Positions 9,481 through 20,247 of a stretch of 26,076 nt of DNA are shown in pieces. The translations under genes were made by a program, and so were the position numbers. Source of the stretch: Octopus sinensis (lineage: Eukaryota); NCBI RefSeq assembly GCF_006345805.1, contig NW_021835660.1, positions 1 through 26,076 on the forward strand. Direction: 5' to 3'. Below the pieces are notes generated by a model, which searched no databases, was not told the DNA's origin, and worked only from the letters and a program-made list of their open reading frames with translations. How positions within the stretch are numbered: the first letter of the stretch is position 1; every line of letters starts with the position of its first letter.

Positions 9481-9892
9481 TAACGCTGTGAATTACTTTG
9501 GATAGAGGATGACTAAAGATTTATTAAACCTGATCAAGTGGACAAAAACTCTTAAAGATATTGATTAATTAAAGCCTAAATTAGTCATGGAATGACGTGA
9601 TTAGTTCTAAAAGGAGCAATTATTCATTAATTCAATCTTTGGCAAACACAGTGCTCCCCTCAGAACACGTTCCTCTCTTATCAAAAGTTATTGTATCTAC
9701 TGTTCCCTCGAGATTTTACTTTCTTACAAGTAAATATAGGTTTCCCTAATTATTGCTCTTTCAAATCTGAGTGGGGATTTTATTTGTTTTTGATTTTTCT
9801 TCGATGTTTTTTTATGCTTGAAGCTTCTTTTTTTATTTATTAATTTTTACCTGCAATTATTTCGACATACGTACCTGCTTACAGACATAAAA

Positions 9893-10055
<163 letters not shown>

Positions 10056-10091
10056 TATAATAAGAAAAAAAGCAACAAGAATGGATCAATA

Positions 10092-10180
10092 TTTCGGTAC
10101 AATTGTTTCGTACGAAGACAGCTTTATTAAGGCTGCAAATATTGCAGTAAATATAAGTGACCCGTACTCATCAGCCGAAA
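10092..10180 (-). ncRNA. Type I hammerhead ribozyme with 48-nt stem II insert
   Basis: Exact reverse complement of the 10984-11072 motif. All core nucleotides are intact. Confidence 0.85.
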
Positions 10181-10983
10181 AAACATCTGAGTTCTCCAAA
10201 CATCTAAGGGGGTAATGTTACACTCCTGAAACATCAGGGATAGTTCTATAAAAATAAGATTTAGGTAACAAACGGACTTCTAAAAGTTCTTTTAGTGTTG
10301 CACAGTCATATAACGGGTTTTTAAAAAGTATTTTAAAAAACCTCTTGGTTTCCCAGAAAATGAAAATGTAAATCCATCCATATTGAAGTAAGTTAGATTT
10401 CTGGAGATATGGGGAGATGTATCATACTCACAGAAGATGCATTTATCCATAATTAGTCCATAATAAAGTGTGTTTCCTGATGTGTGATGATATACTGGTT
10501 ACATTTCTGAGAATTTCTCCAAACTGCTATGTTAGAATTAAATTTGTTGCAGGAGACTTAGTGAAGCGTAGAGACAATCCCTCACATAGGGTATATTGGG
10601 GTAACTGAGAGGGGAGGGGGATGTAAATGTCCAACTACGCAGAATAGTTTATTTCAGTGGAGACGAACTGACTGATTCAGAATTTGCAAGAATCTAAGAG
10701 CTTTAAGGAGGAATGCTAATCTTGACCAAATACCGTCGTTAATTGCTATATAAAGAGGATATGGGAAGGTAAAGAAGGGTCAAAGGTTGTCACTATAGGA
10801 AAAAAACATTAACAGATTTCAGTGCAATACTAGAAAGGAGGTCATTTAATTTATTTCTTTGTGCAACACTAAAAGAACTTTTAGAAGTCCGTTTGTTACC
10901 TAAATCTTATTTTTATAGAACTATCCCTGATGTTTCAGGAGTGTAAAATCACCCCCTTAGATGTTTGGAGAACTCAGATGTTT

Positions 10984-11072
10984 TTTCGGCTGATGAGTAC
11001 GGGTCACTTATATTTACTGCAATATTTGCAGCCTTAATAAAGCTGTCTTCGTACGAAACAATTGTACCGAAA
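10984..11072 (+). ncRNA. Type I hammerhead ribozyme with 48-nt stem II insert
   Basis: Stem I UUUCGG (10984-10989) / CCGAAA (11067-11072). Core CUGAUGA (10990-10996). Stem II GUACG (10997-11001) / CGUAC (11050-11054). GAA (11055-11057). Palindrome ACAAUUGU (11058-11065). Predicted cleavage after A11066 (GUA). Confidence 0.85.
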
Positions 11073-11578
11073 TATTGATCCATTCTTGTTGCTTTTTTCT
11101 TATTTATAATCACCCCGCATTATCTTATGGTTAACGCCATATAGATTTCTGGTGCATCTAAGTTAAGTACCGCATTCATGTGAATTCAACAGAACTCACT
11201 TGAATCTTAATTGCTTTTACTGTATATATGTATGTATATATATATGTATGTATAACTATATATGCATATGTATATAATATATTCATACAGGTATATGCAT
11301 ACATAGTACATTACATACATCCATGCATACGCGCGCATACATATATATATACATGCACGTCTGCACACACGATATTACTAGTACTACTACTCCCAGCACC
11401 ACAAGGACATTGAAAACAATCAAAAATGCGATCATTCTGGGTATTCAGCAATTTTTCTTCATGTCTTTTTTTATGATTGCATCCTCAGCATTTAGTTACA
11501 TATATACAGTACACAGACATACAGACACACACACATATACATACTTACATACATGTGTGGTATGTGTATATATATATA

Positions 11579-11618
<40 letters not shown>

Positions 11619-12249
11619 CTATGCATATGCATATAGTATTAGCATACGCATATATGCACATAAATATATCAAGTATTATATAGTTAGGTAGGCAGGCATG
11701 GTTGTATATAAATGAAAGAAAGAAAGAACATTCACATAAACAATCGAAATTCTTTAAAATATACATTATGGCTGCATCCACCTACTTACAGTTGTTTACA
11801 GATGTGTATGTGTGTGTGCTTATGTATGCATATATATATATAATATATATATAATATATACTTATGTAATATATATATATATACACACATATAATGTGTA
11901 TATTACATATAATGTAATATATATTTATTTATTTACCTATATACATATGTGCGTGTGCATGTATATTTATATCATGTATTATTATATACGCGTGTATAAT
12001 GTTGATACCTACATATACACAAAAACACACACACAAATGAAGACCCTGTTTCGTTCATTTTTACTACTACTACTACTACTCCCTTTTCTTCTACAGAACA
12101 CTTGTACCTTGCAATGTCACCATAACTATATGAATCTAAAGTCGTAACTCTTCCAAGATATAAAACAATGAAATCCTAAGAAACGCGGTCTCAGCTAAAA
12201 TGTCATTCTATGCAACATAATCTTCTTTACCATTATTTTCCTTGCCCTT

Positions 12250-12270
12250 GTTCTTCTTCTTCTTCTTCTT

Positions 12271-12334
<64 letters not shown>
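12250..12334. repeat. Compound (TTC)n-(TTA)n microsatellite
   Basis: Seen directly. Confidence 0.97.
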
Positions 12335-12335
<1 letters not shown>

Positions 12336-12358
12336 AGACGTCGCACAGTATAAAATAT

Positions 12359-12606
12359 TCAACACATCACTATGATGCTCTCCCACTACTTCTGCTCGTG
12401 ATCAGAGATGCACATAACGTCAGCCATTAAGGGACATGCTCAACTGGTTATGGTCAAACAACTGACAGGCAAATCTGTGGTATTGAGCAGAATATTTGCT
12501 GTAGCCCATCTTTTATACCAAGACAAAACATGTACATGGTAACACTTCCAATGAGTTAAGATCAGAAGCCATGAGAACCAGTGTCTGGTATTGCATCAGG
12601 GCATTT
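12359..12606 (-). mobile_element. Partial copy of the (TAA)n-bounded non-coding retroelement family (also at 18774-19155 and 19165-19655)
   Basis: High identity to 18915-19150. Abuts (ATT)n at 12605-12647. Confidence 0.85.
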
Positions 12607-12613
12607 ATTATTA

Positions 12614-12646
<33 letters not shown>

Positions 12647-12648
<2 letters not shown>

Positions 12649-12835
12649 GCTGGCAGAATTATGAGAGCGTTGGAAAAACTGTTTTATGTTACTTGTTCTA
12701 GTTCTTTACATTCCGAGTTCAAATTCCGTTAATGCCATCTTTACCTTTCATCCTTTCGGAGGTCTATAAAATAAAGTACATGCCATGTACTGGGGTCAAT
12801 ATCATTAAATTTTTCCCTCCCCTCAAAATTGCCGA
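12647..12835 (+). mobile_element. Diverged SINE (ggcggcgagctggcagaatcg family)
   Basis: ctggcagaat...gagttcaaattcc...cctttcatcctttcgg...aagtac, similar to 18212-18610 and 21430-21535. Confidence 0.7.
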
Positions 12836-12857
12836 TATTGTGCCCAAATTAGAAAAC

Positions 12858-13300
12858 ATTATCATAATCATTATTAAAATTATTACATGATATTTTAAAT
12901 TAGCTGCATCAATTAGTACAGAAGTTTGGTGAAAACATGTCTCCTCAACCCTCAAGAAGCCATCTTAGGATTCTTGCAGAATACAAGACTGCATTTTTCT
13001 GCCGCTCGACAAATGCGAGTTTGAATTCCAGCATTGTTCCGTTTTCCCTGTAGCAGTAGCAGTATGGCTGTTGTGCTAAGTGCACTTACATCCCTTTCTT
13101 TTATCGTATTTCGGTAGGCACGCTTCTGTAATAGCATTCAGTCACATTCCTATAGTTGTTTTGGGACCATCTTCTCTTAAACTTTGCATAACGACTAGCC
13201 CATCCAACTGTATAGTGAAACACTTGCCGGATAAGAGATTCTGCTTGGAGATCCGGCCTCATAAACACAGTTGAGGTACCATTTGTCGTATTGAGGTGTT
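12858..13300 (-). mobile_element. Old RLE-type LINE C-terminal fragment
   Basis: Frameshifted translation ...RPDL...VSALSTT...GIQTRI...QKNAVLYSARILRWLLEG*, resembling the GALG...LQKxALLGTARILR end of R4/Dong-like ORFs. Degenerate (AAT)n tail at ~12858-12890. Confidence 0.55.
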
Positions 13301-13387
13301 ACATATACCGATGCTTATCAAAACTATCAACTCTCGGTTGTTGCCAACCAAAGTTCCAGAGACTTTCATTCTTTACTATTTACAATA

Positions 13388-13627
13388 CTCTTTTACTCTT
13401 ACTTGATTCAGTCATGTGACTGCAGCCGTGCTGAAGCACCGCCTTTAGTCGAGCAAATCGGCCCGAGGACTTATTCTTTGTAAGCCTAGTACTTATCCTA
13501 TCGGTCTCTTTTTCCGAACCGCTAAGTTACGGGGACGTAAACACACCAGCATCTGTTGTCAAGCGATATTGGGGGGGGACAAACACAGGCACACAAACAT
13601 ATACACACATACATACATACATATATA

Positions 13628-13686
<59 letters not shown>

Positions 13687-13810
13687 TACACCACAGGTTT
13701 CTTTCAGTTTCCGTCTACCAAATCCACTCACATGACTTTGGTCGGCCCGAGGCTATAGTAGAAGACACTTGCCCAAGGTGCCACGCAGTGGGACTGAACC
13801 CGGAACCATA
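13388..13810 (-). mobile_element. tRNA-related SINE with internal (CA)/(TA) microsatellite, 5' end clipped
   Basis: Minus strand begins tggttccgggttcagtcccactgcgtggcaccttgggcaagtgtcttctactatagcctcggg and ends in gactgaatcaagtaagagtaaaagag. Homologous to 24885-25290. Confidence 0.85.
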
Positions 13811-14829
13811 TACAATAAAGCTTTCATTCGGTTTCGTAGTAATCCACTAAAATGTCCCCTTTCTCAGTTGGGTCATTAATAACAAGGATGGCCTGTTATC
13901 ACCATTGTTGCTGTTGTTGATGTTACTTAACCTTAGCTTAGTGCTGTGTAGCTGGCCCCTAATCAAAGGCGTTTCATTTTCAGATATCGGAAAGGATTAC
14001 TTTTCCTTCATGTGTCTCTCCTAATTTTAAAGACGTCGATGTGTGATTGTGATGCTCACTTAGGCTCCTAATTCTAACAGATCGAAAGACTACATTGAGG
14101 ATCCATCGATAAATGTTTTGCCTTTGTTGTTGCATAACCCAAGTCTGAGTTGATAGAATCTACATTTAGTTTGTTGCCATTCCGTTCGTTCTCTCAGACA
14201 TAATTGAACAACTCCATTATTCATCCTCTTTCGAGTATTTGTTTCCTTCTGTTTATTATTACATCATGCAATGTAATCTTCTTATTTTTAAGACATACGG
14301 TGTGATTTCAAAGAACATTGCTACTATTTCTAGCAAGTTGTACGACCACGTAAAGAGTTCCGCGTTGATTCATCTTTTCTTTTGGGGATTCTTCTTGAAA
14401 ACGTCAAACCATTTCCTTTATATATTTTTTTTTCCTTTTTTTTTTTTTGGCTTTTCTTTTCGGAACAGCATCCTTGTCTGTTTTATTTAATCAAATGTTG
14501 TGCCTTTCCAAGAAAACTTTGCATTCATCACATTTCGGCGATTCTAGAACGAATGAAAACCAATTCCATTATTCACAACGACAACGACGGCTACGAGATC
14601 TCCAAGTCAGATATTATCTGTTTGATGAATAGCTGCAGCGGGAAAAACAGAAGCTGATTTAATTCAAATCGGAAAAGTTCTGGCAGAGAACAATGGAAGA
14701 TTTCAGGTGCCAGCGATATAGCGTATTGATTCCTCAATAAAAGGCGGCTCGGCGGAGCGACGGTGGGGAGTTCAAAGTGTCAGTGTCGATGTCAGATACA
14801 GAACAGTGCTTAACTAAAGGCTTTATACT

Positions 14830-14900
14830 ATTTTAGTTAGAAACATCAAGGTTCTGAGTTCGAATTCATCTGTGGTCGATATTGTCTTTCAACTCACCCA
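14830..14900 (+). mobile_element. SINE fragment
   Basis: gttctgagttcgaattc...ggtcgatattgtctttca, a B-box-like segment shared with other SINE copies. Confidence 0.55.
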
Positions 14901-15039
14901 CTCGCTTTCTTGATATTAACCAATAAAGAAACCGCTATATTACTGCTTTTAAACCTTTTGGGGGATTCAACATCGTCTTTCAGTGAATAGTGTATTACAG
15001 AGGCCCTCTTCGCATGTTTTGCAAAACTAAAAAAATAAA

Positions 15040-15300
15040 ACTCTATGTGGCTCAGAAGCTCACTTTGCTGCCACGTGGTTTCAGATTCAGTCCCACTGTC
15101 CAGCACCATCGGCATATAAACCTGGACTGACGAATATCTTGCGAATGAATCCGGTAAACGAAACTTGTCCTATATAGCTACATCAAACTCCATTCTTCAC
15201 CAAGTGCCACATATTGAAGGAGACCCTCATTAATAACTGTAGCAAAACGGCAGTGCATCAGCATGGTCGCAGCTCTGAGCTGAAACTACAGAGAAAAAAA
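15040..15300 (+). mobile_element. Diverged tRNA-related SINE
   Basis: Head ctatgtggctcagaagctcactttg...gattcagtcccactg and tail cagcatggtcgcagctc...gctgaaac. Confidence 0.6.
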
Positions 15301-15519
15301 CATAATTTCACTAGAAGCGATAAATAACCGGACTCAAACCGAGCTGTGTTTCTATTTTGAAATATTCATTCTTTGCATATTTTTTCGAATTACAAAATGA
15401 AACCTTAAGACAAAACACTAGTCCTTATGTTCTTTTATTCAAAACAACCTCTATAAACATAAGGATACGCATTTTTTTTTCAAGTTTCATTTCATATTTC
15501 AGGTGATGGCCGATAAGAT

Positions 15520-15760
15520 ACATATGCGTCTGTGTGTTTGTGTTTTTCATCTCCCCACCGCTTGAAAACTACTGTTTGTTTATTTATGTTTCCGTAACTT
15601 ATAGAGTGTTCATGAAAAGAAATCCATGGAACAAGCACTCGACGTCAAAAACAAATCCATAATTACTGCGGTCGATTTGTTCAACTAAAACTCTTCAAGG
15701 TGGTGCTCCATTATGGCCGCAGTTCAATGACTGAAATAAATAAATGAGATAAAATAGATT
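15520..15760 (+). mobile_element. SINE 3' half (same family as 13388-13810)
   Basis: ccccaccgcttga...ccgtaactta...ggtcgatttgttc...aaggtggtgctcc...atggccgcagttcaatgactgaaa. Confidence 0.7.
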
Positions 15761-16007
15761 TATCTTAAATAGATTTACTTGAAATAAATAAATACAATAC
15801 GATAAAAGATAGGTGCTAATTTTGAGCTGTTGTTTATAGATATTTGCATAGAATGGCCCCTATGTTAAAACTTTTTATGAGCATTACTAAAGAAGAGGAA
15901 TACTTAGATAACGAAATTTTATTGGACATTAGTTCATCATTAGATGTTTCTGCTCACTGAAAGCACATCTAACTCTGATATACTCATTTTCTAAGACCAA
16001 ACAAAAT

Positions 16008-16150
16008 CGGTGAGTTGGCTGAGTTGCGAGTGACGAAAATGTTGCCTTAGTGGTATTTGTTTTGGCTCTTCATTTCCCGAGTTCAAATCCCGATGAGATC
16101 AACTATGTCTTTCATCCTTTCCACTGTGATAAAGTACAATAAACTACCAA
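16008..16150 (+). mobile_element. Diverged SINE (ggcggcgagctgg family)
   Basis: ggtgagttggc...gagttcaaatcccg...tctttcatcctttc...aagtac. Confidence 0.65.
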
Positions 16151-16313
16151 AAACCGTTAAATTCACTTCAACAATTAAACGTAATTTACCAAAATATTTT
16201 CGTCGCTTTGAGACCGCAACCTGTTCACTGACAAAATTCCGTTCTGTTACGTATTAAAGAAATAAATGCAGATCTGGATAATTTAATCTTAGAACTCGCT
16301 GAAATGACCAGAT

Positions 16314-16378
16314 TATATAGTCGAAGATGCACAGATTATATAGTCAAGGATTATATAGTGTGCATCCTCGACTATATA
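16314..16378. repeat. Small hairpin: 20-bp arms (1 mismatch) and a 25-nt loop built from gattatatagt copies
   Basis: tatatagtcgaagatgcaca / tgtgcatcctcgactatata. Confidence 0.85.
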
Positions 16379-16402
16379 CATGTATACACACACACACACA
16401 TA

Positions 16403-16675
16403 TTATCTTTTATTTGCTTCAGTCACTAGCCAGCAGCCATTCTGGGGCACCACTTTGAAAGGGGTTTTTATTTTCTATGTATCACTTGCCAAGCCACTGA
16501 GGTTAAGTTAGGGGGACGTCAACAAACCAATACCAGTTGTCGAGCAGTGGAGTAAGGAAAACAAAAGCACACTCACACATGAACACCTATACTCTTGCAC
16601 ACACACACACACACGCACACACACATGCACACACACACACACACACATATATCCGTCGGGTTTCTACAGCGATTT
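16403..16675 (-). mobile_element. Diverged SINE 3' half
   Basis: tcttttatttgcttcagtca...ggggcaccactttgaa...aagttagggggacgtcaacaaacc...gttgtcgagcagtgg. Confidence 0.65.
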
Positions 16676-17085
16676 TGCTTTTCATATTAACTCAGATAGC
16701 ATTGGTCTATCCAGTGCTATAGAGGAACACAATTGGAAAAGGTGCCGCGAAACTAACAAAAAAGGGCGGAATGATTGTATCTGGATTGACGGGTGCATGA
16801 TCTGTGCGATCTGCACGAACATATAGCTCGACTTAATCTACAATAGCGAAGATTTTACACACGATATTCACAAACCTCGGGACTAAAGAAACGAAACGAA
16901 CTTAGAAGTAAAAAAAAACCCTAATTTAACGGAAAAAGCATATAGCAAAACCTTGACATATTTTTGTAATTGTAGAGATTTTGTGGTTTCCTTTTTGTCT
17001 ACACGTTCTCCCACAATCAAAGTTAGTCATCAACGGAATAATGACGATAATTACCCATTCAGCATTACAGTGAACCACGAAGAAT

Positions 17086-17087
<2 letters not shown>

Positions 17088-17128
<41 letters not shown>
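17088..17128. repeat. (AAT)n microsatellite
   Basis: Seen directly. Confidence 0.95.
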
Positions 17129-17130
<2 letters not shown>

Positions 17131-17314
17131 GAGCTTTAAATATAAAAAAATTTAGTTCGAAATGGATTTTCAATAATTTCGATCTATATTTTAGATGGTT
17201 AACACAATATATTTATGTCTATGTGTATCTGAGTGTTGGTGTAGATACCTAGATATAGTTACCTGCCTTGCCATGTATGTATGTGTGTATGTATGTATGC
17301 ATGTATGTATGTAT

Positions 17315-17669
17315 AAAGGACTGTGTCAAGTCCTCATTAAAGGCCTGTGATATGCGGACACTGACTGGGAGGAGAATGCCTGTCATCGCCACAGATGGAG
17401 GAAGCAGGTTAAGGAGGGGATCAACACTTTTGAGAGAGCACGTATCCAGCATGAAGAACTTAAGCGAGCTGCGCGAAAGCACGCGGCTCGTATAGTGAAT
17501 GGGGAAAACTTGGTCTGCAATGTGTGCAGTGGTGTATGCTTGTCAAGAGCAGGGCTCATTAGCCACCAACGGAGCCGCAAATGCAAAATATAAGTTAGTC
17601 CTAGGGCACACAATGTTCCTGAACGTCGGCAATGGTCTTCCTCGGTCACGAGTGGACGGCCATCATCAT
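17315..17669 (+). mobile_element. RTE (BovB-like) LINE 3' end, 5'-truncated, embedded in (TATG)n
   Basis: Translation KDCVKSSLKACD / DWEENACHRHRWRKQVKEGINTFE...VCNVCSGVCLSRAGLISHQRSRKCKI*, with a terminal C2H2-like finger. Tail gccatcatcat joins (GTAT)n. Confidence 0.88.
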
Positions 17670-17771
17670 GTATGTATGTATGTATGTATGAATATTCACA
17701 GTAAATCATCAGTTAACGAAATTACTGTTTCATATTTTCTTAGGCTTAGCTCGTAGAAACTTCATCATACT

Positions 17772-17797
17772 TCTCTCTCTCTATCTCTCTCTATCTC

Positions 17798-17879
<82 letters not shown>

Positions 17880-17910
17880 ATCTATCTATCTATCGGTCTG
17901 TCTGTCTGTC
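17772..17910. repeat. (CT)n/(CTAT)n/(CTGT)n compound microsatellite
   Basis: Seen directly. Confidence 0.95.
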
Positions 17911-18095
17911 CAGTGCTGTGCAGTAAACGAGTGCATGTGAATTAAATCGTATAAAATATGGCTGCACTATTAATGCAGCCTGGGTTACCCCTTTCCTTTT
18001 TTATGTGAGTTTTGTTAGTCTGGCCGAATTTATTTATTTATTCATCATCATTATTATTATCGTTAGTAGTTGTGGTGATTATAGTAGTGGTAGTG

Positions 18096-18133
<38 letters not shown>

Positions 18134-18211
18134 TGCAGCAGCAGCACGCTCTGTCTCGTGTTTTGTAATATAACATCCGCACTAGTTTCTTCTTCTTTAT
18201 TTATTCATTTG

Positions 18212-18615
18212 GGCGGCGAGCTTGCTGAGTCGTTAGAGCATCTGTAAAAATGAATTGCAATATTTGCTTCAGCTCTTTACGTTCTGAGTTCAACTCACGC
18301 CAACGTCAGTTTGCTTTTCATTCTTCCAGAGACAATAAAGTAACAGTGATGTACCTAGATCGTTGAGGTCGACTTTCTTTTACCCTTCAAAATTGCTGGC
18401 CTCAAGGCTGCAAGATGAGAGAATCGTTAGCACACCTGGAAAAATGAGAGAATCGTTAGCACACCTGGAAAAATGCTTAGCGGCATTTCCTCCATCATTA
18501 CGTTCTCAGTTCATATTCCACCCAGGTCGATTTTGCCTTTCAGCCTTTTGGGTTCGATAAAATAAGTACAAATTCAGCCCATCCCCCCAAATCTCAGGTC
18601 TTCTGCCTTTTGTAG
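18212..18615 (+). mobile_element. Two tandem SINEs; the second has an exact 29-bp internal duplication
   Basis: ggcggcgagcttgctgagtcgttag head at 18212. atgagagaatcgttagcacacctggaaaa occurs at 18415-18443 and 18444-18472. Confidence 0.8.
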
Positions 18616-18616
18616 A

Positions 18617-18617
<1 letters not shown>

Positions 18618-18649
<32 letters not shown>

Positions 18650-18773
18650 TATTATTATTATTATCATTATCATTATTATTATTGTTGTTGTTGTTGTTAT
18701 CATCATCATCATCATTATTATCACCATCATCAGCATTATTATTATTATTATTACTATTATTATTATTATTATT
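18618..18773. repeat. Compound (AAT)n/(ATT)n/(GTT)n/(CAT)n microsatellite
   Basis: Seen directly. Confidence 0.95.
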
Positions 18774-19655
18774 GAGTGAGAGAGCAGTGCATGCCACTAA
18801 AGTAACACTGGGGCACAAATATACGAAGCCCAGTATAAGGGTTGTTTAAGAATGTTGAACGAAGCACCCATGTTTCCAGAGGTGAATTATTCAAACCCCA
18901 AAGAATCCCTCTCAACACATGGCTATGATGCTCTCTCCATATTTCTGCTCGTGGTCAGAGATGCACATATCGTCAGCCATCGAGGGACATGCTCAACTAG
19001 TTAAGATCAAACAACTAACAAGTAAATCTGTGGCATTGAGCAGAATATTTGATGTAGCTCTTCTTTTATACCATACAAAACATGTACATGAATACACTTC
19101 CAATCAGTTAATATAAGAAGCCATGAGAGTTAGTGCCTGGTACTGCATCTGGGTAATTATTATTGAGTAACAGAGTACTGCATGCCATCAAAGTGACATT
19201 GAGGAATAAATATACGAGGCCCAATATACACATCATGACTACCCATCTGATAAGGGTATATCAGGCACATGCATCACAACCATATATGCATGACATGGTG
19301 ATCTCATATCAAGATAAACAGCGCAAGGCCTTGTAGGTGGTGACCCAGTTAGAATTTACTTCAGGCTGAGTAGCCCAACCTGCTCGAAAGGTTCCTGAAT
19401 AAGGGTTGTTTAAGGATGTTGAACTAAACACCCATGTTTCCAGAGGTGAATTATTCAGACCCTAAAGGCTATGATGCTCCCCTATCCATGGTTATGATGC
19501 TCCTCTACTACATATGCACATATCGGTAGCCAAGAGATATGCTCGACTGGTTAAGGTCAAACACCTGGCAAGCAAATCTGTGGTATTGAGCAGAATATTT
19601 GCTGTAGCCCATCTTTTATACCAAGGCAAAACGATGTACATGATAACATTTCCAA
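18774..19655 (-). mobile_element. Two head-to-tail copies of a non-coding retroelement, each ending in (TAA)n
   Basis: Copy 1 (18774-19155) has an internal deletion at ~18835. A short ttattatt linker lies at 19156-19164. Copy 2 spans 19165-19655. Both start gagt(g/a)a(g/c)agag...catgcca on the plus strand. Confidence 0.85.
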
Positions 19656-20213
19656 GATTTTTACTCACTGTTCCCAGAGCTCCGACAATTATTGGCACTA
19701 GTTTCCACCTTTTTCAGCGACCACAACTGCTTAACCTCCCAAGCTAACCTGTTATATCTATCGGCTTTTCTTTCTTCCTTATCGCATGCCTTGTTGTCAG
19801 CTGGGCATGTTATATCTATGATCCAGCATCGTTTGCTTTCTTTCTCAATTAATACTACGTCTTGTTTCCTATTCTCTATGTCATGGTCGCACTGAATCAT
19901 AAAATCCCATAGGTTCTCTGCATTATCATTTTCAATGATGCCTTCGGATTCATGTTCGTACAACTTTTTTGTTCAGTTAAGTCCGAATTTGTTGCAAAGT
20001 GTCCAATGGACAATTCTTGTTATATTGTCATAACGTCACTTATATTCTTTTTGGGCTAGTGGTGTACATCGACTGCTAATATGCCATATGGTTTAACCAT
20101 TTTGTCCACAAATTCTGCACTTATCACTTTCTGGTGTGTTGTCTATTCTGTATTTGAAGTAATTCGTTCTTAATGCTTGCTCTTGCGCAGCACAGATAAG
20201 AGCCTCCGTATTG

Positions 20214-20214
<1 letters not shown>
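19650..20214 (-). mobile_element. R4/Dong-like (RLE-clade) LINE fragment: CCHC knuckle plus restriction-like endonuclease
   Basis: TEALICAAQEQALRTNY...DKCRICGQNG*TIWHISSRC and LWDFMIQCDH.IENRKQDVVLIEK...IIDITCPAD...DRYNRLAWEVKQLW...PIIVGALGTVSKNL. The 5' break abuts (ATT)n at 20215-20246. Confidence 0.9.

Positions 20215-20247
<33 letters not shown>

Larger units (their letters stand above)
10056..11222 (-). mobile_element. Penelope-like element: inverted pseudo-LTR arms (~249 bp, ~98% identical) around a decayed ORF fragment
   Basis: 10056-10304 is the reverse complement of 10860-11108. The minus-strand spacer translates to PIVTTFDPSLP (10799-10767), PLSYPNIPYVRDCLYASL (10612-10559) and KCIFC, resembling the PLE RT-to-GIY-YIG linker. 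Each arm carries a hammerhead. The right arm continues to TA-rich repeats at ~11223. Confidence 0.75.

Noticed and set aside
10056-11108. Non-autonomous DNA transposon with 250-bp TIRs
   Set aside because: The arms hold intact hammerheads and the spacer resembles a PLE linker. Homology to the 21790-22026 copy continues past the inverted part on one side only, and there is no matched terminus or TSD.
14894-15037. Minus-strand exon (FAKHAKRASV... or FCKTCEEGLCN...) with a GTGAGT donor
   Set aside because: The donor coincides with a SINE boundary and the upstream ORF part is SINE sequence. The Cys motif is too short and ends in a stop.
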